In this document: positions 31,159 to 37,576 of the stretch, piece by piece
Layout of the letters: every line of letters begins with the position of its first letter
Numbering within the stretch: the first letter of the stretch is position 1
DNA from: Hyphochytrium catenoides
Taxonomy: Eukaryota > Protista > Hyphochytriomycota
Direction: 5' to 3'
Length of the DNA stretch: 37,576 bases
Assembly (NCBI GenBank): GCA_900088475.1
Contig: FLMG01002293.1
Span: forward strand, 1-37,576
The notes under the pieces: generated by a model
The model's input: only the letters and a program-made list of their open reading frames with translations
Database searches by the model: none
Told to the model about the DNA's origin: nothing
Position numbers and translations under genes: made by a program

Positions 31159-32015
31159 ATGAGTTCTCAACCGCCCACGACAGCGAAGCCGATGGATCAA
31201 GAGGATGAAGAGCACCTCAAGGACTTCTTGGAGGCTATGGAGAAGTATAGTCCTACGGTGAGAGCTGAATCCTTGCCTTCTCCTCTCGTGGCCAAAGCTG
31301 ACGTCTCACTTGCGGTTTGTATCATCGTGGTCGCCTCTGGTTGCCATGTATAACTCTAGATCCCAGAGGAGGTAGTGTCATACTACCTGCGAAAGTCAGG
31401 CTTCAATACTGATGACCCTAGAATGTAAGCCTAACCTGACTTCGGCTGGGGCGCAATAGCCTCCAACTCACTCTCGCCTTGCTCGCCTCCGCACTAGTCT
31501 GCGGATGATAGCTCTAGCGACTCACAAGTTCGTTGCTGACGTTGTACACGATGCCATGCTGTTTGGCAAGCTGAAGTCTGTCTCTGGACGTAAAGCAGAC
31601 CGAAGTGGGGTACGTACGCACTCTTCTTGGTAATTTACAGGCCGTTGTTAAGTCACTCTTTCGCCTCCTTGGCCTCACTCCAAGTAGAAAAAGACATTAA
31701 CGATGGAAGATTTATCGGCAAGGTATGGTTGTTCCTAGGTTATCTTCTCTCGTCTTGTGTGTCTGTCTCTGTCTTCCAATCACCGCTGTGCTCGGCCATG
31801 TGTCCCGCCCTGTCTCTCCTCCTGTTATATTTTGCTCAGCTGCACTTCCCTGTGCTACCCCTCAGCGCTACGGACGATAGTAATCAGCTCTTTTGCCGTA
31901 AATTTCCTCCCCTTCGACACTGTCTCTTCACTTTACTTCTAGCCTTCGGGATAAGGGAATCAGCGTCATCAAACCTGAATACTACGCAGATTCAGCCAAC
32001 AGCGGAGCAACTTGA
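31159..32015 (+). CDS. TAF10: Transcription initiation factor TFIID subunit 10 (5 exons)
   Basis: Spliced product: LKDFLEAMEKYSPT/IPEEVVSYYLRKSGFNTDDPRI/LRMIALATHKFVADVVHDAM..G/KKTLTMEDLSAS/LRDKGISVIKPEYYAD, the canonical TAF10 histone-fold signature. Stop TGA at 32013-32015. Confidence 0.95.
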
Positions 32016-32354
32016 TAACGCTCTATCGTGGATACACATCACACAAGCAGACATTTGATGCCAGAGACCAATGCGACGCTAGAGAGCCCAGACTTCACAT
32101 CCCCCTCGCTTTGCCTTGTAAAATACTTCGTTAAGTATCTTTTCCCTGTCTACTTCCTCTTTTTTGCCACCTCAGTGCCGGCTCTCCTCTCATACGTGGT
32201 TAGCAAGTCAGCTATGTCAGATGCGCATTCTTAACAATCAGCTCGGCTACTGTCCTTTTTGCTACGAGGTTAAGCGAACCCAGCACTATTGATGTGCAAA
32301 AGAAGTTTTAATCTCCATACATTATGTTACAAACACCAAAGAATCCACCATCGC

Positions 32355-34340
32355 CTACACCCGCGCGACTATGCCTTCTTCTGCAGAGCCCTTGAGCGGC
32401 TCTTTCTCCACCTCCACTAGCCGTGTGGGCATGGGCGTGCTCTCCGCACCTGATAGTCCCAACTTCCGGACAGACTCTTGGCCATACGTCAGTATAAAAG
32501 GAGCGCTGCCCTGCTTTCTGTTGACAGGGGTCGTAGCCACATCGGTAAACTACATGGTTGTGAGAGAAGATGAGATATTACTTTATCCAACCCTCTGTAC
32601 TTCAAGCCTCAACTTACCTCGTCCAACGCGCGATCCGCCTGGACGTTAAGGCTCTTGAGAACAACGTCTTTGTCCATTGCAAGCTAAGAGAGCAAGAGAA
32701 GAGAGATGTCGGTGGCCAATGAGTGGACTGGGCATCGAGACAGGTTTCTTCAAGATAAAGCAGCTATCCTGAAGAATAGATCACCAGAGAAACAGAAGCC
32801 TAGGAGGTGAAGCGACTAGTCCACTGTAGGTTATAAACGCTGCAATGCCCAGGATGCAGTGACATCCATTCCCCATGAACAAAAGGATAGCTGAAATGTG
32901 ACACCCATACAGCTCAACAATGGAGACGATAGGGCCCGCCAAGCACTAAGGCTAAACATACACTGAGCCAGTAAGCGCCAAAAGCTATAGTTCCCATGAT
33001 TGATAGGAGAGCTCCGAGGCCAGCCACCCAAAACGCGGCGCCTAATCCGCTCGACGCTTGCAGGGAGTAACCCACAGCAACCGTCGCATAGGCAGAGAGC
33101 ATAAGAAAGATCCCGACGCTGGAGCTTGCTCCTATGTTCAAAATAAGCCGGAATGGAAATTGCAGAGTAAATGTCAAGTTCGTAGTAAATGAGATTTCAA
33201 AGATACAGGTAGGGCCACCGTTCAAAGCAAGACTCGACGAAGAGAAAGTTCCGACGTCAAGAGGCACCGAAAACGATCCTCGAGACGGATTCTTAAAACG
33301 GACGGATATAAATGACCAGGCGAGAAGAATAGTATCACCTCCTAGCAGAACGCCCCCAGCTGACATCAACCCTAAGCGGCTTTGTCTCCATGTCCTTGTA
33401 CAGGAGCAGATGCCAACGATGGAGCTCCACCCATAGAGACAAGCAGCAACGAACTGCGTTATTGCGGCACCCTAATAGAGTCAGCACCCCAAATAAGTTA
33501 AGCTGTTTCTCTCACCAATCAACTTTTGACTATTCATTATACCCAGAGATGGAAGCCACAGAGCATGTCGTTCGCTAAGCATTGTTCCTCTGAGATCCCC
33601 ATGGGAGGCGGCATGGACAGCTCTTGGCAGTCAACAATCTTCAGAACCTCCGTACGATTCCATCTCCAGGAGTTGCTAAGAAATATCCAGATGAGATGGA
33701 TGGAACCGAGACAAGTAAAGCAGTTTGGAACAGAAGGACAGGATGAATCAGAGAGACGGCGAGGCCAAGAGCGATACCAAATCTTGATAACAGCAAAGTA
33801 CATTTGATACCACCAACTCGGAAGGTCCCACGAGCAGGAGCAGCGACAGTCAAGGATGAAGCGATAGCAGAAGCCCCCAAGCAGCCGAGACATTGGAAGA
33901 GCAAAGGAGGTACAAACGTGCCTGGCTCTAAGCCAGTAAACTAGACCGTAGACGGTCCCTTCTTACCAAATAGCGTCCCCGAAAGGTGCGATGTGCGACT
34001 GTTCGTCACTGGTCTTGACAACCCCCAGCAGTCCGATCCAACGAATGTTAGATAGCTCGCTGCTGCTTGAGGAGCTCTCCGGGCGAATCCAGGAGGGCAG
34101 AATGAGCGCAGTGCACGTGAGACCAAAGCAAGCTAGGGCACATAAACAGCCTGTATAGACGAGAGTCAGTTCACATGTTTCAACGAGGGGCCATCCTCGT
34201 CCGGTCCTCCCGCGCCAACCGTCCTTCTTCGCTGTTTCCTCTCTACTATGTATTTCTATTCGCCCTCGTTTTGATGTGTGTTTTTCTTCTGCCAACTCAG
34301 ACATATCACTCTCTCCTCCATGATGCTCGGTTGGCCCCTA
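32355..34340 (-). CDS. Multi-exon membrane protein, possibly claudin/PMP22/amastin-like tetraspan
   Basis: TM1 ends LTCTALILPSW, followed by RWIGLLG and a Cys-containing loop, then hydrophobic segments AAITQFVAACLYGWSSIVGIC, GIFLMLSAYATVAV and GAAFWVAGLGALLSIMGTIAFGAYW. The 5' end is unresolved. Confidence 0.4.
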
Positions 34341-35598
34341 ACCTAGAAATCCTAGTAGCTTGGTTCTTCTTGAAGTCCTAGCCTCAAATGGCCCTGCAGC
34401 GCCGTCGGATGGCGTGGCTACATAGAACTTCTTCATTGTACAAGCAAGAGAGACTAGCCTAACAGCTCACTTCCTCATCTTGCAAAGAGGTCCTGAGGCT
34501 GTTGTCCTTCCACTCTCCCGCCCAGCTCTGCCCTTGACCGACCCGTGGATACTCCAGAACACCTCTTACTAATCACTAAACCGGGACCCCTCGAACTAGG
34601 AGGTGAGCGACCGCGTTGAGCAAGTAAGGCGCCAATGCAACCCCTACTTCTCCAAACACTTGCGCAAGTGGCACGAGTGAGATTTACGAGCTGTCAGTCT
34701 TCTCCTAAGGAAAAGGGTTGGCAGCAATCACAGGAGATCTCATAACGGAGATCTTACCAATGAGACGTTGCAATCGGTGGGCTCTCTTGTTCGATAACAG
34801 CGCCGGTACTTCTCCTCACGTGATCTTCAAGGACAAGGAGACCTTGTCTGCAGTGTGGAAGAGACACTGCCTCGAGCTCTGAGACATCACCCCGATAATA
34901 ACAGAGAAAGAGGAACAAAGCATCAGAGGTAACATCGGTGGTTTGTTTGCATGCAATTTTTATAAGCGTAGCTTTCAGAAATCAATCGATCGTGTTGCAT
35001 TGACTATTGAGTGAAAGAATGAACAGAAACCATCGAATGTGGGAACGAAGCGTGCAGATTTTATTTTCGGATTCGGGATAAATGTGAAGGAGAAGTATAG
35101 TTTGTGATTGGGGGGATGGAGAGATTATCGAGGATTACTTCATCGACTGAGACCGATTCAGAGTGTTGAGGCCGATGATGTGCAGGTGAAGAGACCATTG
35201 CTGAGATGATCGCAGAATTGGATAGCTATGATTGCTGTTGAGTGGTTCATTACATGATGCTGATTGACTTGCTAAGTTTCGTGTCAGTGATGGCGTATGA
35301 AGGTTTGAAATATGGTGTTTGATGTCGTAGTGGTGTGAGAAAATTGGGGAAAGGGAAGACAACTAGTGGGGACTTGTCTGGCGCTAAGAGTTTGGCGACC
35401 TCATGAATCTTTCTGATGATGATGATGATGTAGAAGCTCAGCAGCAGCAGTCAGCTCAATATAAGGGCTGTCGTGCTTCAATCGAGACAACTCTTCTGCC
35501 GCGTCGTAGCCAAGGCACTCCATGCACTTTTGAAGGATTCTGCAGTTGAAACACGACGAGAGGGCGAGGAAAGGAACTCCACTTGCGGACATAATATC

Positions 35599-36162
35599 AT
35601 GATGCTGACGACAACAAGATCTCAACATCGGCAACAGGAAGGTGGTGTGGTGGTAAACGATGATGGATGCTGGTGGGTCCCCTTTCACCACGAAGACAAT
35701 TGCAGTCGCTGTGGCGGACCCGGTATTGGCTATCATCAGTGTGGGGTATGTGTTCACTACATACCTAACGCATCCAGAGCAGAGTCTTGCCTCCATTGCA
35801 GGGAGAGGGATGACCTACTATCCCCTTCCTCTACTAGCAGGGAGAGTGCGGGCGGCGAAAGCGGAGGAATACCACCACGAGCAGATCGTTGTAGCGATGG
35901 GACGGAATGCCGATGTGGGGGTCCTCGCTCTGGCCATGCACCCTGCTCCCGATGTAGACACTTCATCCCTAACTCGGCGCATACATGCCGATACTGTGGA
36001 AGCAACCGTGAAGCTGGTGGATGCGGTGTTTCTATGCGTGGCGGTGGAGGGGGGACTCGTCACCGCGACGAGGAGCACGACACCGACCTGCAACGCAATA
36101 CTACTTCTTCGGATATGAATGGTCAAATACAATCTCCCGAATCGCTTTGTTGTGGACTATGA
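35599..36162 (+). CDS. Intronless Cys-rich protein with two related zinc-ribbon modules
   Basis: CSRCGGPGIGYHQCGVCVHYIPNASRAESCLHC and CRCGGPRSGHAPCSRCRHFIPNSAHTCRYC: the protein motif is conserved while codons have diverged. The frame is open from 35473; first ATG at 35599. Confidence 0.6.
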   Translation: MMLTTTRSQHRQQEGGVVVNDDGCWWVPFHHEDNCSRCGGPGIGYHQCGVCVHYIPNASRAESCLHCRERDDLLSPSSTSRESAGGESGGIPPRADRCSDGTECRCGGPRSGHAPCSRCRHFIPNSAHTCRYCGSNREAGGCGVSMRGGGGGTRHRDEEHDTDLQRNTTSSDMNGQIQSPESLCCGL

Positions 36163-36784
36163 GACCTTCTCAGTCTCGAATGAGATATGCTGACAGACAC
36201 GAATCTCAAGCCGTACCTACTACACTGAATCTGCATAACCGTTCTGAGAGTGAGGCTGAGAGACGCAGACAAAGGAGCATATGGACCGCACTTGCAAGCG
36301 ATGCTCAGCGCGATCCGAGACCACAAACTTCTGTGTTAAGCGCGAACCATAACTCCTAAGCCGTCGTAGTAATAAATGCCATCAATTCCTTCTCTAACTT
36401 AGAAGAAAATCCAGATCCTTTATCGCAATTCGAGTCTGACTTAGTAGACGCGTCCACTTTAGGTCCACACCGTAAGCTACTACTCCCCTCACGAGCGTTG
36501 TAGCGAAAGATATGTTCATATCGGCAATTCCGTCGTCAAAAGCCAGAGTATTATTGGTGCTTCTACTGTGGTATCAGGCTGTTTCAAGAAGAGGTGAAAT
36601 GGGTTAAACTGACTTCAGTGCCTGATGGTCAGCGTAATAATGCAGCTACACAGTTCTCACATACTCCAAACCTTGACGATTATCAGCGAAAGCAAATCAG
36701 ACTCAAACGTGGAGAAGAGTATCTCTCTTCTTGTGACCTTCACACCACTTCTGAAAAGCGATCTCTTCATATGTTCCTAACCCT
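36159..36784 (+). pseudogene. Stop-interrupted, 3'-truncated CxxC-containing frame; possibly a Helitron/Helentron RepHel N-terminal fragment
   Basis: One frame from ATG 36159 with two in-frame stops (TAA 36357-36359, TAG 36501-36503), containing FRRQKPEYYWCFYCGIRLFQEEVKWV..SSCDLH. It ends at the inverted-repeat junction. The family assignment is a recalled resemblance only. Confidence 0.35.
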
Positions 36785-36786
36785 AA
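36776..36786. repeat. Telomere-like seed CCTAACCCTAA (TTAGGGTTAGG on -)
   Basis: 11-nt match to (CCCTAA)n overlapping the first 2 nt of the left inverted-repeat arm. Confidence 0.45.
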
Positions 36787-36961
36787 GCGGAATGTTATTG
36801 ATTATTATGGCTGCCAAGACCCCGACAATAATCATCGCCCATCTCCAAATGTGAGAACAGATCACCTTCTCTGAAGGAAAGAAGCGACCACTGGCCATAC
36901 ACATAATGCGATGATTATTGTCGGGGTCTTGGCAGCCATAATAATCAATAACATTCCGCTT
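36785..36961. repeat. Perfect 54-bp inverted repeat with 69-nt spacer
   Basis: 36785-36838 (aagcggaatgttattgattattatggctgccaagaccccgacaataatcatcgc) is the exact reverse complement of 36908-36961. Confidence 0.97.
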
Positions 36962-37576
36962 GATATTTTGAGCACGGGAGGTAGCAACTGTCGAAGAGCT
37001 CCATATTCACGGGCACGAGCGCCGTAGAATTGTACGCTGCGTTTCGGGAACAACGAAAATCTCGCAAATTTCTCCAACTTGTCCCCAAGGACTCGCTCGC
37101 TCTGCTCCAACCTGTCCCCAAGGACTCGCTCGCTCTGCTCCAACCTGTCCCCAAGGACTCGCTCGCTCTGCTCCAACCTGTCCAACTTGTCCCCGAGGTC
37201 TCGTTTGCTCTGCTCCAACCTGTCCAACTTGTCCCCAAGGACTCGCTCGTTCTGCTCCAACCTCCCTCTCCACGGTCTCCATTATTGTTACCAGTTGGCG
37301 GGCAAGGTACTCGACGGACACCTGATCGACAACTTCCAGAGCGCGAGAACGCTGCTGTCCTTCGTCACTACTCTCCCTTCTTGCTTGGGAAGACCCGGCA
37401 GCTTCTTGCTGTTGTCGTGAGGAGTCCAACGATATGCCTAGCCAATGGCTTTGACACCTTAGCGTCTTCAATGAGGTCGGTGGGTGAAGCACTCTTCCAT
37501 TGTGATGTGGCCCGCAACAACAATTTCAAGGAACCCCCAAGAAAATCCCTTAGAGGTCAACTTCTGAAGTAAATCC
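36839..37576 (-). pseudogene. Frameshifted, truncated header + coiled-coil + HNH endonuclease gene (Crinkler/CR-effector-like); runs off the window end
   Basis: Joined frames read DLLQKLTSKGFSW / LKLLLRATSQWKSASPTDLIEDAKVSKPLARHIVGLL / QQQEAAGSSQ..YLARQLVTIMETVE / (RLEQSERVLGD[KLD])n / ICEIFVVPETQRTIL / IWSSSTVATSRAQNIKRNVIDYYGCQDPDNNHRIMCMASGRFFPSEKVICSHIWRW. The last segment fits the HNH_2-type pattern YY..CMxxG..VxxxHI. Confidence 0.65.
37072..37263 (-). repeat. Coding tandem array: 3 x 33-bp + 2 x 42-bp units
   Basis: Units start at 37072, 37105, 37138 (33 bp) and 37171, 37213 (42 bp). On - they encode RLEQSERVLGD (11 aa) and RLEQxxRxLGDKLD (14 aa). Confidence 0.92.

Noticed and set aside
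35660-36118. Alternative-frame 152-aa hydrophobic ORF
   Set aside because: The overlapping frame carries the duplicated conserved Cys motif and is the better coding candidate.
36785-36961. Inverted repeat as a MITE with terminal inverted repeats
   Set aside because: There is no target-site duplication, and the right arm plus spacer read continuously as HNH coding sequence, so a fold-back duplication fits better.
36862-37260. 132-aa ORF as an intact coiled-coil membrane-anchored protein
   Set aside because: Its hydrophobic tail (MLLIIMAAKTPTIIIA) is an out-of-frame reading of the KRNVIDYYGC HNH segment.
37072-37263. Regular repeats as a CRISPR array
   Set aside because: The units are contiguous with no unique spacers, lengths are multiples of 3, there are no cas genes, and the context is eukaryotic.
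37030-37572. + strand 180-aa ORF
   Set aside because: It is an antisense shadow of the minus-strand repeat gene.

Overview
Eukaryotic, intron-rich genomic DNA, probably from a microbial eukaryote, with three N gaps. Roughly 1-34.9 kb is a compact run of spliced host genes: ORC6 (-), a DCN1-like neddylation E3 (-), the NVL/Rix7 AAA ATPase (+), an IQ-motif protein (-), a family-16 (METTL21-like) methyltransferase (+), TAF10 (+), a possible claudin-like tetraspan protein (-) and several hypothetical genes, interspersed with (GA/CT)n microsatellites. The last ~2.6 kb looks different: it appears intronless and is partly decayed. It holds a twin zinc-ribbon ORF, a stop-interrupted CxxC frame (possibly a Helitron-like fragment), and a frameshifted minus-strand gene with header + coiled-coil repeats + HNH nuclease (Crinkler/CR-effector-like). 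That gene is cut inside its nuclease domain by a perfect 54-bp fold-back inverted duplication with a telomere-like CCTAACCCTAA at its outer junction. Gene calls come from manual translation and recalled family motifs; no searches were run.
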